A stretch of DNA of 64,000 nt from Eledone cirrhosa (GCA_964016885.1 OZ024754.1:744001-808000), one strand, 5' to 3'. Positions 1 through 15,024 are shown, numbered from the stretch's first letter. A program made the numbers and translations. The notes: a model not told the origin generated them from the sequence alone.

Positions 1-508
1 GATCTCAAGCTGAACACCGATGGCTACATCCGCGTTCTGAGCGAAGTAGTAAAGCCCTCGATCGACCAGGTAGCTGCAGGTAGGCCGTACGTGTGGCAGC
101 AAAACTCAGCGCCCTGCCATACCTGCCTAAAAACCCAAGCCTGGTTGTCAGAGAACTTCGTCGACCTCACTTCCCCTGACATCTGGCCTCCCAGCTAGCC
201 TGACTGCAATCCCCTCTAATTCTTTCTGTGGGGCGCAGTGTAACGAGACACCAACAGATCTAGCTGAAAGACAATCTGAAGGCCAGGATCACAAGTGCCT
301 TTAGGGGCCTAAGTCGGGGGACAGTGACAAAGTCCTGTAGCCGGTTTCGAGGCCGTCATCAAAGCCAATGGCAGGTTTATCGAGTGAGATTGAAAGACCA
401 AGTCATGAAGACAAACTGACCCAAGTTTGATAAATAAATGTTAAAAAACAAAACTACTGTGTTATTTTTTCATAGACAGTAATCATGCGAATAAATATCG
501 TCCGCACC

Positions 509-511
<3 letters not shown>
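1..511 (+). mobile_element. 3' end of a degenerate Tc1/mariner DD37D (maT-like) DNA transposon with right TIR
   Basis: Frame 1 reads ...RPYVWQQNSAPCHT...IWPPS*PDCNPL*FFLWG, with 37 residues between the positions of the 2nd and 3rd catalytic Asp (both mutated) and several stops. It ends in ...TCCGCACCCTG|TA (TIR reads CAGGGTG... on the minus strand), followed by TA. Confidence 0.85.
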
Positions 512-551
<40 letters not shown>

Positions 552-629
552 TTATATATATATATATATACACACACATATATATACAGATATATATATA
601 TATATATATACACACACATATATATATAC

Positions 630-664
<35 letters not shown>

Positions 665-941
665 TATATATACAGATATATATATATATATATATACACA
701 AACACATATATATACAGATATATATATATATACACACATATATATACAGATATATATATATATATACACACATATATATATACAGATATATATATATATA
801 CACACATATATATATACAGATATATATATATATATACACACATATATATATACAGATATATATATATATACACACATATATATATACAGATATATATATA
901 TATACACACATATATATATACAGATATATATATATATATAT

Positions 942-1388
942 ATCTGAGTGAGTCTCTAGGTCAGTGTCCAAGTCTCAGACCCATACAGCAGCACAGACTC
1001 CACTACAGCAATGAAGTGGCGGATTGGTGGATGGGTGCTACACGAGAATGCTGAGGATGGCTCTGAACATTAATCAGTATACAGAGGATGAAAAACTCAG
1101 AGCTGTATGGGAGCATCCCAAAAGTCAGCTCAAAAGTGACACAGAGAAGACTGAGGTTGGCTGGACATGCTCACCGACATCCAGAGTTGACATTGCACTC
1201 AGTGCTCCTTTGGGAGCCCCTACATGGACACACTGGAAGAGGAAGACCAAGGTTAACATATGTTGATGCCCTAAGGACAGACACTGGTCTGTTGGAGATG
1301 CAGGATATGGCAGCAATAATGAGGGACAGAGACCGCTGGAGAGAACTCGTCCATGGATCTCGGGAATTTTACCCGCCTTAGATAGATA
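942..1388 (+). mobile_element. RTE-related LINE 3' fragment (family D) with 5' inversion
   Basis: 942-1025 encodes [19 protein letters not shown] on the minus strand. 1026-1381 encodes [13 protein letters not shown]...[12 protein letters not shown]...[11 protein letters not shown] on the plus strand. Ends in a (GATA) tail. Confidence 0.8.
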
Positions 1389-1443
1389 TATATATATACA
1401 CATATATACAGATATATATATATATATACACATATTTATATAC

Positions 1444-1478
<35 letters not shown>

Positions 1479-1847
1479 TATATATATACAGATATATATA
1501 TACACATACACATATATATATACAGATATATATATATACACATATATATATACAGATATATATATATACACATATATATATACAGATATATATATATACA
1601 CATATATATATACAGATATATATATACACATATATATATACAGATATATATATATACACATATATATATATACAGATATATATATACAGATATATATATA
1701 TACAGATATATATATATACAGATATATATATACAGATATATATATATACACATATATATATACAGATATATATATATACACATATATATATACAGATATA
1801 TATATATATATATATACACACACATATATATATATATATATACACAC

Positions 1848-1894
<47 letters not shown>

Positions 1895-2063
1895 TATATA
1901 CATATATATATACACAGATATATATATATATACACACACATATATATATACAGATATATATACACAGATATATATATATATACACACACATATATATATA
2001 CAGATATATATACACAGATATATATATATACACACATATATATATACAGATATATATATATAC

Positions 2064-2098
<35 letters not shown>

Positions 2099-2107
2099 TA
2101 TATACAG

Positions 2108-2144
<37 letters not shown>

Positions 2145-2401
2145 TATATACAGATATATATATATATATATATCTACACACATATATATATATAAAGATA
2201 TATATATGTATATATATACACGCATATATATATATATACAGATATATATATGTATATATATACACGCATATATATATATATACAGATATATATATATATA
2301 TACACGCATATATATATATATACAGATATATATATATATATACACGCATATATATATATACAGATATATATATATATATATATACACATATATATATACA
2401 G

Positions 2402-2432
<31 letters not shown>

Positions 2433-2441
2433 TATATACAG

Positions 2442-2472
<31 letters not shown>

Positions 2473-2607
2473 TATATACAGATATATATATATATCTAGA
2501 CACATATATATACACAGATATATATATATAGACACATATATATATACAGATATATATATATATACACATATATATATATATATATACACACATATATATA
2601 TATACAG

Positions 2608-2644
<37 letters not shown>

Positions 2645-2677
2645 TATATATACAGATATATATATATATATATATAT

Positions 2678-2724
2678 GTCTAACCCATGCTAGCGTGGAA
2701 GAACGGACGTAAAACGGTGATGAT
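2678..2724 (+). mobile_element. Extreme 3' tip of RTE LINE family A
   Basis: Matches 38735-38780 (CTAACCCATGCTAGCGTGGAAGAACGGACGTAAAACGGTGATGAT). Confidence 0.85.
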
Positions 2725-2758
2725 ATATACACACATATATATATACAGATATATATAT

Positions 2759-2802
<44 letters not shown>

Positions 2803-2803
<1 letters not shown>

Positions 2804-3335
2804 TCATCATCATCACCGTTTTACGTCCGTTCCTCCACGCTAGCATGGGTTAGACGGGTTGTCCTGTTGTGGGCAGTGTCTGGTCGGCTGACCATGCCTT
2901 GCTCATACAGGAACTGATCTGGCTTGATTTCTACAGCTGGATGCCCTTCTTAACACCAACCTCATTTACAGTGAGTGCTGGGTGCTTTTTCGTGGCGCCT
3001 ACACGTCCACTTTACAGTGTGGGCTGGGTGCTTTTTTGCCGTGACACCTCCACGACCACCTTGCGGTGGGGGTAGTGGGGGCATATTGTTTATATGCTTC
3101 AGCATGTACCCATGGGAGGTCGGGTACCCTGTATTACTGCGTGACGCCAGAAGTCACGGTCGTGTGTCATTGTCTTTGAGAGGTGTAGTTGGGTAAGGTC
3201 GGCTTTTATCACCTCATCCCAAGTCATCTTGGGTCTCCCCACTCCGCGGTTTCCATCAACTTCTAGTGCTCTGCACCTTTTTATGCAGCTGTCATCCTTC
3301 ATACGCATCACATGTCCATACCAGCGTAACCGCCT
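2803..3335 (-). mobile_element. RTE LINE family A 3' fragment
   Basis: [15 protein letters not shown]...GRPKMTW C-terminus plus 3' UTR and (GAT)n tail. Near-identical to 38258-38795. Confidence 0.9.
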
Positions 3336-3411
3336 ATATATATATACACATATATACACACACATATATATACACATATATATACACACACATATATATA
3401 CACATATATAT

Positions 3412-3452
<41 letters not shown>

Positions 3453-3937
3453 TATATATATATACACATATATATATACAGATATATATATATATATACA
3501 CATATATATATACAGATATATATATATATATACACATATATATATACAGATATATTTATATATATACACATATATATATACAGATATATTTATATATATA
3601 CACATATATATATACAGATATATTTATATATATACACATATATATACAGATATATATATATATATACACATATATATATACAGATATATATATATATATA
3701 CACATATATATATACAGATATATATATATATATACACATATATATATATACAGATATATATATATATATACACATATATATATATACAGATATATATATA
3801 TACACATATATATATACAGATATATATAGATATATATACACATATATATACATATATATATATACACATATATATACATATATATATATATATACACATA
3901 TATATATACAGATATATATATATATATATATATATAC

Positions 3938-4039
<102 letters not shown>

Positions 4040-4057
4040 ATATACATATATACACAT

Positions 4058-4123
<66 letters not shown>

Positions 4124-4145
4124 ATATATACATATATATATATAT

Positions 4146-4188
<43 letters not shown>

Positions 4189-4211
4189 TATATATATATA
4201 TATATACACAC

Positions 4212-4394
<183 letters not shown>

Positions 4395-4419
4395 TATATA
4401 TATATACACATATATATAG

Positions 4420-4456
<37 letters not shown>

Positions 4457-4552
4457 TATATACAGATATATATATATATATACATATATATATACAGATA
4501 TATATATATATACACATATATATATACAGATATATATATATACACATACCAA

Positions 4553-5414
4553 GCAAATTCCAAGCCCTACAATACAAACCTGCAAACACAAATATAGTGG
4601 AACACAGCTACACAGGACCAGGAGGGACCGATATCCTCGTGTCAAAATCGATACGAGACCTGGGCATAGACATGAGCGATGATGCATCTTTTTCTTCACA
4701 CATCATGAAAGTGGCGACAACATGTAGACGACTCGCTGGCTGGATCTTGAAGACTTTCCGGACAAGAGATCGAGACACCATGTTGACACTGTGGAGGACT
4801 TTTGTCCTAAGCCGCCTGGACTACTGCTCCCAGTTGTGGTCACCCCATAGTGACAAACTAACCACGGAGCTTGAGGCAATCCAGCGAAGCTACACCAAGA
4901 GGATTGTAAGAATGAGGGAGACAAGCTACTGGGAGAGGCTAAAGGAACTGAACCTCTACTCCTTGGAGCGAAGACGGAAGAGATATGCAGTGATCTATAT
5001 GTGGAAAATCCTGGAGGCACTAGCACCAAACTTTGGCATTGGGAGCTGGACCAACCGTCGAACAGGACGTCACTCTGTGGTGCCAAAGGTCCCGTCTTCC
5101 ACATCTAGAATAAGGAGCAGGTATTGCAATAGCCTGGGAATCAAGGGCCCTCAACTCTTCAACAGGCTGCCGAGGCATCTGAGAGACTTACATGACGTGG
5201 AGGTGGATGTCTTTAAGAAACATCTCGAGACCTTGTTATCCAGGATCCCGGATGAGCCCACAGCAAGACATGAGGGCAACCTAATGGCAGCAGCAACAAA
5301 CTCCCTCCTACACCAGTGGCCAACCTATACAGGCTGGAGATAAAATGTGTAGAAACAAGGGCGGTGCCCCAGCATGGCCTCAGCCGGATGGCTGAAACAG
5401 GTAAAAGAGTAAAA
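4553..5414 (+). mobile_element. CR1-group LINE 3' fragment (post-RT region and 3' UTR)
   Basis: ORF 4597-5343 has RDLGI...RLDYCSQLWSP...YWERLKELNLYSLERRR, typical of CR1/L2-group ORF2 C-termini. Same family as 24488-26619. Confidence 0.85.
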
Positions 5415-5427
5415 TATATATATACAG

Positions 5428-5458
<31 letters not shown>

Positions 5459-5465
5459 TATATAC

Positions 5466-5508
<43 letters not shown>

Positions 5509-5717
5509 AATATATACAGATATATATATACAGATGTATATATATATATATATATACACATATATATACAGATATATATATATATATATATACACACACA
5601 TATATATATATACAGATATATATATATATATACACACACATATATATATACAGATATATATATATATATATACACATATATATATACAGATATATATATA
5701 TATATACACATATATAT

Positions 5718-5947
5718 AGTAGAATAATCGAGTATCGAAAAATCGGCGCACGAGTTCACGATAAACAAAATTCGATATGAGCGGCAGAGTGCTCCATAAT
5801 GTAGATAAATCAGAGCTATAACCGTCGTTAAAATACCGTCACACACAGAACAAGTCTATAATCAACCGTACAATCGAAAATTTGCGATCCGGAAGATTCG
5901 GGACACTAAGATAAAAAATCAATAAATCAATAAATTAAATGAATGTA
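5718..5947 (+). repeat. Unclassified repeat terminus, inverted relative to 8210-8443
   Basis: TAGAATAATCGAGTATCG...GATAAATCAGAGCTATAAC...GGAAGATTCGGG...AATAAATCAATAA aligns by eye with the reverse complement of 8210-8443. Confidence 0.65.
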
Positions 5948-5952
5948 TACAG

Positions 5953-5985
<33 letters not shown>

Positions 5986-6200
5986 TATATACAGATATAT
6001 ATATATATACACACACACATATATATATATATACAGATATATAAATATATATATACACACATATATATATACAGATATATAAATATATATATACACACAT
6101 ATATATATATATACAGATATATAAATATATATATACACACATATATATATATACACATATATATATAGATATATATATATATATACACATATATATACAG

Positions 6201-6237
<37 letters not shown>

Positions 6238-6489
6238 TATACAGATATATATATATATACACACATATATATACAGAGATATATATATATATATATAGAG
6301 AGAGATATATATATATATATATATATACATACATACATACAGAGATATAGATATATATATATATATATATATATATTCATACAGAGATATATATATATAT
6401 ATATATAGAGAGATATATATATATATATATATATACATACATACATACAGAGATATAGATATATATATATATATATATATATATTCATA

Positions 6490-6543
<54 letters not shown>

Positions 6544-6545
6544 TA

Positions 6546-6589
<44 letters not shown>

Positions 6590-6598
6590 CAGAGATAT

Positions 6599-6651
<53 letters not shown>

Positions 6652-6732
6652 CAGAGATATAGATATATATATATATATATATACACATACAGAGATAGAT
6701 ATATATATATATATATATACACATACAGAGAT

Positions 6733-6821
<89 letters not shown>

Positions 6822-6825
6822 CATA

Positions 6826-6877
<52 letters not shown>

Positions 6878-6919
6878 CATACAGAGATATATATATATAT
6901 ATATATATATACATACATA

Positions 6920-6957
<38 letters not shown>

Positions 6958-7003
6958 CAGAGATATATATATAGATATATATATATATATATATACATAC
7001 ATA

Positions 7004-7045
<42 letters not shown>

Positions 7046-7049
7046 CATA

Positions 7050-7097
<48 letters not shown>

Positions 7098-7180
7098 CAT
7101 ACAGAGATATATATATATATATATATATACATACAGAGATATATATATAGATATAGATATATATATATATATATACATAC

Positions 7181-7225
<45 letters not shown>

Positions 7226-7259
7226 CAGAGATATATATATATATATATATATATACATA

Positions 7260-7297
<38 letters not shown>

Positions 7298-7302
7298 TAT
7301 AC

Positions 7303-7339
<37 letters not shown>

Positions 7340-7365
7340 TATACAGAGATATATATATATATATA

Positions 7366-7946
7366 TCAAATCAAGCCCAGCCAAAGTCAGTAGTGGGGTC
7401 CCACAAGGCACTGTGTTGGGCCCACTTCTCTTCATCATCTATATTAATGACATCACTGACATCATCAAACACAGCAACATTAAAATTTTCGCTGATGATT
7501 CCAAGCTCCAAAAGGTCATCAATGGCGTGGATGACCGGATAAGCCTTCAGTCAGACCTACTGGCTGTTACCCAATGGGCAGAAAAGAACAACATGTTACT
7601 GAACGAAGACAAATTCGAACTGATCCACTTTGGAAAAGAGGATGCTCTGAAACTCCCGTACTCCCTTCCCTCCGGGGAAACTCTCGTGGCATCTAACAAC
7701 ATCAGAGACTTGGGAGTAACCGTGGACAGCAACATAAGCTGGACCACGCATATAAGCAGCAAAGTTGACATGGCCCGCAGAATGTGTTCCTGGATCCTCA
7801 GAACCTTCCAGTCGAGAGATTCCCGCACCATTATCCTTCTCTTCTCTACTTTTGCCCGACCACACCTTGAATACTGTTGTCCACTGTGGTCTCCCCACAC
7901 GAAACAAAGTATCATGAAACTTGAAGCTCCTCAAAGGGCAATCACG
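7366..7946 (+). mobile_element. CR1-group LINE RT fragment (second family)
   Basis: [20 protein letters not shown]...IFADDSKL...RDLGV...[13 protein letters not shown]. Confidence 0.9.
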
Positions 7947-8443
7947 AAATAATCGAATAAGGGTGCTATCGAGCACCCTTATTCGATTATTTTTCGCGAA
8001 TATAGAGGTTATCTCCCTTGCTGGACTTCATGTGTGTTCTAGCTATAGTTAACTTCTTTATTCGTTGGACATGACCCGTTGATAAAGTGTTCCGGTCCCT
8101 CCGCTCCCTAGAAGTCTTATATATTTTTATGTGGGCTGATAGGGGGCGGATTAAGGAATTGCAGAAACCCAAGAAGCTAGATTTACCACCTTTCTAGTGG
8201 GTCCGGGTAAGTTTTTACATTCATATAAATTATTGATTTATTGATATTTTATCTGAGTGACCCGAATCTTCCTGGTCGTTATTTTTCGGCTGCATGAGTG
8301 ATTTTAGACATAATCTTTGTGTGTTAGTATTTTAACGATAGTTATAGCTCTGATTTATCTGAATTATTGAGCCCTCTGCCACTCATGTCGGATTTGTTTA
8401 TCGTAAATTCGTGAGCTGATTTTCCGATACTCGATTATTCTAT
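7947..8443 (-). repeat. Unclassified non-coding repeat ending in a 21-bp perfect hairpin
   Basis: Homologous to 5718-5947. Hairpin AAATAATCGAATAAGGGTGCT-atcg-AGCACCCTTATTCGATTATTT at 7947-7992. Confidence 0.55.
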
Positions 8444-8693
8444 TATATATATATATACAGATATATATATATATATACATGTAAGTATGTATGTATACGT
8501 ACATACATATATGCATACAGACGTACAGTAGCATGTATATATATATATATATACATATACATACAGGCACACATATATATATGTACGTATCAGTTTAGCG
8601 AACATTTATTATAATGTTCGCTTTGTCCGTTTGTAAACAAACGGACAGCCTGATTTATGACGTACGGTGTTAAGGCAACCACGTCACCTTTTT

Positions 8694-8780
8694 GTTCAAC
8701 ACTGACACAGGAACGATGTACTAGTTTCAAGCTTGTTAGCTATCGTCAGCACCGTATACCCTTCTGCCAGATGGTTGAAC
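8694..8780 (-). ncRNA. Type I hammerhead ribozyme (palindromic helix III), within a ~250-bp hairpin-rich element (8590-8840)
   Basis: Minus strand 8755->8713 reads ACGGUG CUGACGA U-AGCU-AACA-AGCU-U GAAA CUAG UA CAUCGU. Helix I is ACGGUG/CAUCGU, extended by CUGGCA/UGUCAG and GUUCAAC/GUUGAAC. Confidence 0.85.
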
Positions 8781-8840
8781 GTTCGAAAGTATATACTTTC
8801 CTTATGAAAATTAACGGCTGAGCAGCCTAATTTGCATATC

Positions 8841-8967
8841 GAAAACCCGCCAGACAGTCCTAATAGAGCAAGACAACCACTCTTGCCTCAAATGGGAAAA
8901 CTCCCATCCAAACCCATGCAAGCGTGGAACATGGACATTAAACGATGATGATGATGGTGATGATGAT
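8841..8967 (+). mobile_element. RTE LINE family B 3' UTR tip
   Basis: Matches 13391-13518. (GAT)n tail. Confidence 0.85.
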
Positions 8968-8972
8968 ATATG

Positions 8973-9189
<217 letters not shown>

Positions 9190-9267
9190 GTATGTATATA
9201 TATATATATATGTATGTATATATATATATATGTATGTATATATATATATGTATGTATATATATATGC

Positions 9268-9457
<190 letters not shown>

Positions 9458-10481
9458 ACAGAATACTAACTCATTCCATTGCATAGATGGTTCTATAGAA
9501 ATAGTGGACACCTTCCGTTACCTGGGTGACAAAATCAGCAGTGGGGGAGGGTGCTCTGAGAGTATAGTAGCTAGAGTCAGAACGGGATGGAAAAAGTTCA
9601 GTGAGCTTATACCACTATTGGCCGCTAAAGGGTTCTCTCTAAAAATGAAAGGCAGGCTGTATGATGCCTGCATACGAACAACAATGTTACATGGCGGTGA
9701 GACCTGGGCATTGTGTGCAGAGGATATACGCAGACTGGAGAGAAACGAAGCTTGCATGCTCCGCTGGATGTGTAATAGTAATATACGTGAACGGCAAAGC
9801 ATAAACGAACTAAGGGAGAAATTAGGAATAAGAGGGATCAGATGCTGTTTACTCGAGAGAAGACTACGTTGGTATGGTCACGTGATGCGCATGAAAGACG
9901 ACAGCTGTATAAAAAAGTGCAGAGCGATCAAAATAGACGGTAGCCACGGAGTACGCAGACCCAGAAAAACCTGGGACGACTTGATAAATTCCAACCTCAC
10001 ACACTTACACCTCTCCAAGACAATGTCACTGGACCGAGATCTTTGGCGCTACACAGTCATACAGAAGACCCGCCTTGCCTAAGTACAAAGCAAAACCTTC
10101 AGTCAGTAGGCACCTCTAACAAAATACACACACACACACACACACACCCCGTCCGACTACCCCCACCCCATCCACACCACCCCCTTAAATGTGAAGTTAT
10201 GTTAGTACCACAACATCCAGTCCGAAACAAATGAGGTCGTGTAGGTGTCACGACAAAAAAACACACAGTCCATGCTGTAATGTGGCCGTGTAGGTAACAC
10301 GGTAAAAACCTCCCAGTCCACACTGTAAACGTGGTTGGTGTTAGGAAGGGCATCCAGCCGTAGAAAACCCGCCAGACAGTCCTATACGAGCAGGACAACA
10401 AATCTTGCCTCAAGTGGAAAAACTCCCGTCAAAACCCATCCAAGCGTGGAAGATGGACGTTAAATGATGATGATGATGATG
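9458..10481 (+). mobile_element. RTE LINE family B 3' fragment
   Basis: FRYLGD...MLHGGETW...[12 protein letters not shown], 3' UTR and (GAT)n tail. Confidence 0.9.
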
Positions 10482-10689
10482 TATATATATGTATATATAT
10501 ATATATGTATGTATGTATATATATATATATGTATGTATATATATATATTTATGTATGTATATATATGTACAATATAGAGGAACAGTGGGATATATGTATA
10601 TATATATATGTATGTATGTATATATATATATATGTATACATATATATATATGTATGTATGTATATATGTATATATATATATATGTATAC

Positions 10690-10729
<40 letters not shown>

Positions 10730-10737
10730 GTATGTAT

Positions 10738-10858
10738 AGGCGTGTGGCTGAGTGGTTAGAGAATTGGATTCGCAATCGTAAGGTTGTGAGTTCGATTCCT
10801 GGATCAGGCGATGCGTTATGTCCTTGAGCAAGACACTTTATTTCACGTTGCTCCTTCT
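10738..10858 (+). mobile_element. tRNA-derived SINE (5' part)
   Basis: A box TGGCTGAGTGG and B box GAGTTCGATTCC, followed by a GTCCTTGAGCAAGACACTT central motif. Confidence 0.8.
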
Positions 10859-10983
10859 ACCTGGAGTTGCGACCGATAGATAGTATTAGTAATTGGAAAG
10901 ACCAACGGAAACATTGTTCCCTCGGTCCGATTTGACGAAAGCCAATCGCTCCTTTATATGTATGTATATATATGTACAATATA

Positions 10984-13518
10984 ACAGTGGGAATTCCTGA
11001 AAGCAAACCTGCTGATGGCGGCAGACGAAGTCTGTGGCCGGAGCAGGCCTATAGGCAGGAGGAGAGTAACATGGTGGTGGAACAGTAAGGTGGAGGAGTC
11101 AATTAAGGCCAAAAAGCAGGCTTGGAAAGTATGGCGGGATGGGGGAAGTAGAGAAGACTATCAAGTGGCCAGGAGAGAAGCTAGGAGACAAGTGTACTTC
11201 GCAAGAAGGGAAGCAGAGGAAAGAAAGTTCAAGCATGTTCTACAACGCGAGGACCAAAAACGTGAGATGTTCAGGATTGCTAGGCAATGTGACAAGGAGA
11301 ACCGTGATATTGTCGGGGAGAAGTGTGTACTAAATGATGATGGCGTACTTGCCATTACTGACGCTGATAAGAAGGTAGCTTGGAAGTGTCACTACGAAAG
11401 GCTACTAAATGAGGAGAATAAATGGGAGAAGGACAGTCTCCCCCACATCGACCCAATAGAGGGACCAGCAGTGTTAGTTGAAGGTAGTATAATAAGTAAG
11501 GCAATCAAAGATATGAAGACGGGTAAGGCGGTTGGGCCTTCGGAAATAGTTGCTGAGATGCTGAAAGCCTCTGGAACGGTGGGACACACCATGGTCACCC
11601 GGATAGTAAACCAAGTCATACAGAATGGGGTTGTTCCGAAGGACTGGCGTAGCAGCATCATCAACTGTTACAAGGGTAAAGGAGATGCCCTAGATAGGAG
11701 TAACTATAGAGGCATTAAATTAATCGACCAGGTCATGAAGGTCACGGAAAAAGTAATAGTGCAACTAATCAGAGAGAGAATTGATCTAGATGAAATGCAG
11801 TTCGGGTTTGTGTCAGGCAAAAGTACCACAGACGCTCTTTTCATTGTACGACAACTACAGAAGTACCTAGCTAAAAGTAAACCCCTATACTTAGCTTTTG
11901 TCGACTTGGAGAAAGCCTTCGACAGAGTCCCCCGTTCCATTATCTGGTGGGCTCTTAGAAAACTAGGTGTTGATGAATGGCTTGTGAGAGCTACACAAGC
12001 CATGTATAAAGAAACAGTCAGCAAGGTTAGAATTAACAACGAATATAGTGAAGAGTTTAGCGTAAAAGTTGGTGTCCATCAGGGCTCTGTTCTTAGCCCC
12101 CTACTATTTATTATTGCCCTTCAGGCTATAACAGTGGAGTTCAAGAGCGGCTGCCCATGGGAACTCCTATACGCAGATGATCTAACGCTCAGAGCTGAAT
12201 CAATGGCCGAGCTAGAGAAGAAATTCCAAACATGGAAGCACGGCCTAGAATCAAAAGGCCTTAAAATTAACCTGGCTAAGACTAAAGTTCTAGTTTGTAG
12301 GAAAGAAATTAAGGCACCGGTCCCTTCCGGGAAATGGCCATGCTCACTGTGTAGGAAAGGCGTAGGTAGAAACTCCATTTTATGTCCCAAATGCAAAGTA
12401 TGGGTGCATAAAAGATGTAGTGGGATCACAGGTAAGCTAACTAAGAACATAGATTTTACGTGTGGCCGGTGCTCTGGTGCAATAAGTAGCAGCAAGTGCC
12501 CACAAAATACTAGATCTTTCAATTGTGCAGAGGGTTCTATAGAAATAGTGGACAGCTTCCGTTACCTGGGTGAAAAAAATCAGCAGTGGGGGAGGGTGCT
12601 CTGAAAGTACAGTAGCTAGAGTCAGAACTGGATGGAAAAAGTTCAGAGAGCTTATACCACTATTAGCCGCTAAATGGTTCTCCCTAAAAATGAAAGGCAG
12701 GCTGTATGATGCCTGCATACGAACAGCAATGTTGCATGGCAGTGAGATCTGGGCATTGTGTGCAGAGGATATACGCAGACTAGAGAGGAACGAAGCTTGC
12801 ATGCTCCGCTGGATGTGTAATAGTAATATACGTGAACGGCAAAGCATAAACGAACTAAGGGAAAAATTAGAAATAAGAGGGATCAGATGTTTACTCGAGA
12901 GAAGGCTACGTTGGTATGGTCACGTGATGCGCATGAAAGACGACAGCTGTATAAAAAAGTGCAGGGCAATAAAGATAAACGGTAGCCACGGAGTAGACAG
13001 ACCCAGAAAAACCTGGGACGACCTGATAAATTCCGACCTCACACACTTACACCTCTCCAAAACAATGTCACTGGACCGAGATCTTTGGCGGTACGCAGTG
13101 ATAGAGAAGACCCGCCTTACCTAAATACAAAGTAAAACCTACTACAGTCAGTAGGCATCTCTAACAAAATACACCCCGTCCCACCACTCCCACCCCATCC
13201 ACACCGCCCCTTTCAATGTAAAGTTATGTTGGTGCCACAACATCCAGGCCGTAACAAATGAGATCGTGTAGGTGTCACGACAAAAAAACACACAGTCCAC
13301 GCCGTAATGTGGCTGTGTAGGCAACACGGTAAAAACCTCCCAGTCCCACACTGTAAATGTGGTTGGTGTTAGGAAGGGCATCCAGCTGTAGAAAACCCGC
13401 CAGACAGTCCTATGCGAGCAAGACAACCACTCTTGCCTCAAGTGGGAAAACGCCCGTCCAAACCCATGCAAGCGTGGAACATGGACGTTAAATGATGATG
13501 ATGATGATGATGATGATG
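10984..13518 (+). mobile_element. RTE LINE family B, 5'-truncated, RT domain with a frameshift near 12580
   Basis: ORFs 11015-12604 and 12570-13124: [41 protein letters not shown]. 3' UTR and (GAT)n tail. Confidence 0.95.
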
Positions 13519-13580
13519 TATGTATATATATATATGTGTATATATATATATATATATGTGTGTGTATATATATATATATA

Positions 13581-13803
13581 TCATCATCATCATCAACGTT
13601 TAACGTCCGTGTTCCACGCTTGCATGGGTTTGGACGGGGGTGTTCCCACTTGAGGCAAGAGTGATTGTCTTGCTCGCATAGGACTGTCTGGCAGGTTTTC
13701 TACAGTTGGATGCCCTTCCTAACACCAACCACATTTACAGTGTAGGACTGGGAGGTTTTTACCGTGTTGCCTACATGGCCACATTACAGCGTGGACTGTG
13801 TGT
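13581..13803 (-). mobile_element. RTE family B 3' UTR, tail-to-tail with the preceding copy
   Basis: Reverse complement of the 13285-13510 type sequence. Confidence 0.85.
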
Positions 13804-14030
13804 TTGTTTGTTCTGTTCCCGTTCAATTTTTCCTTATATATGCGTATATGTGTTTGTGTGTGTGTATATATATATATATGTGTGTATGTATATGTATGTA
13901 TATATATATACTTTTATATATATACATATATATGTGTGTATGTATGTGTGTGTATGTATATATGTATATATATATATATATAAATATATTTATATGTGTG
14001 TGTGTGCAACTCCGCAGCACGTTTATTCTC

Positions 14031-14061
<31 letters not shown>

Positions 14062-14068
14062 CATACGC

Positions 14069-14100
<32 letters not shown>

Positions 14101-14684
14101 CATATATATATAAATATACATAAGCTATATATATATATATACATATATATATATACATATATATATAAATATATATATACATATATATATAAATATATAT
14201 ATACATATATATATAAGCTATATATATACATATATATATAAGCTATATATATATATATAAGCTATATATATGTAAGCTATATATATATATATAAGCTATA
14301 TATATATATATATAAGCTATATATATATATATAAGCTATATATATATATATATATATAAGCTATATATATATATATAAGCTATATATATAAGCTATATAT
14401 ATATATATAAGCTATATATATAAGCTATATATATATATATATATATAGCTTATATATATATATATATATATAGCTTATATATATATATATATAAGCTATA
14501 TATATATATATATAGCTTATATATATATATATAAGCTATATATATATATATAAGCTATATATATATATATATATAAGCTATATATATAAGCTATATATAT
14601 ATATATATAGCTTATATATATATATATATAAGCTATATATTTATATATAAGCTATATATATAAGCTATATATATATATATATAG

Positions 14685-14721
<37 letters not shown>

Positions 14722-14794
14722 CTTATATATATATATAGCTTATATATATATATATATATATATAGCTTATATATATATATATATATATATATAG

Positions 14795-14851
<57 letters not shown>

Positions 14852-14878
14852 CTTATATATATATATATATATATATAG

Positions 14879-14925
<47 letters not shown>

Positions 14926-15024
14926 CTTATATATATATATAGCTTATATATATATATAGCTTATATATATATATATATATATATATATAGCTTATATATA
15001 TATATAGCTTATATATATATATAG

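Noticed and set aside
8130-8172. GGGCTGATAG...GAAACCC hammerhead-like string
   Set aside because: The core deviates from CUGANGA and helices I and II cannot be formed.
10738-10812. tRNA gene
   Set aside because: It has A/B boxes but no good acceptor stem and continues into a SINE body, so it was called a SINE.
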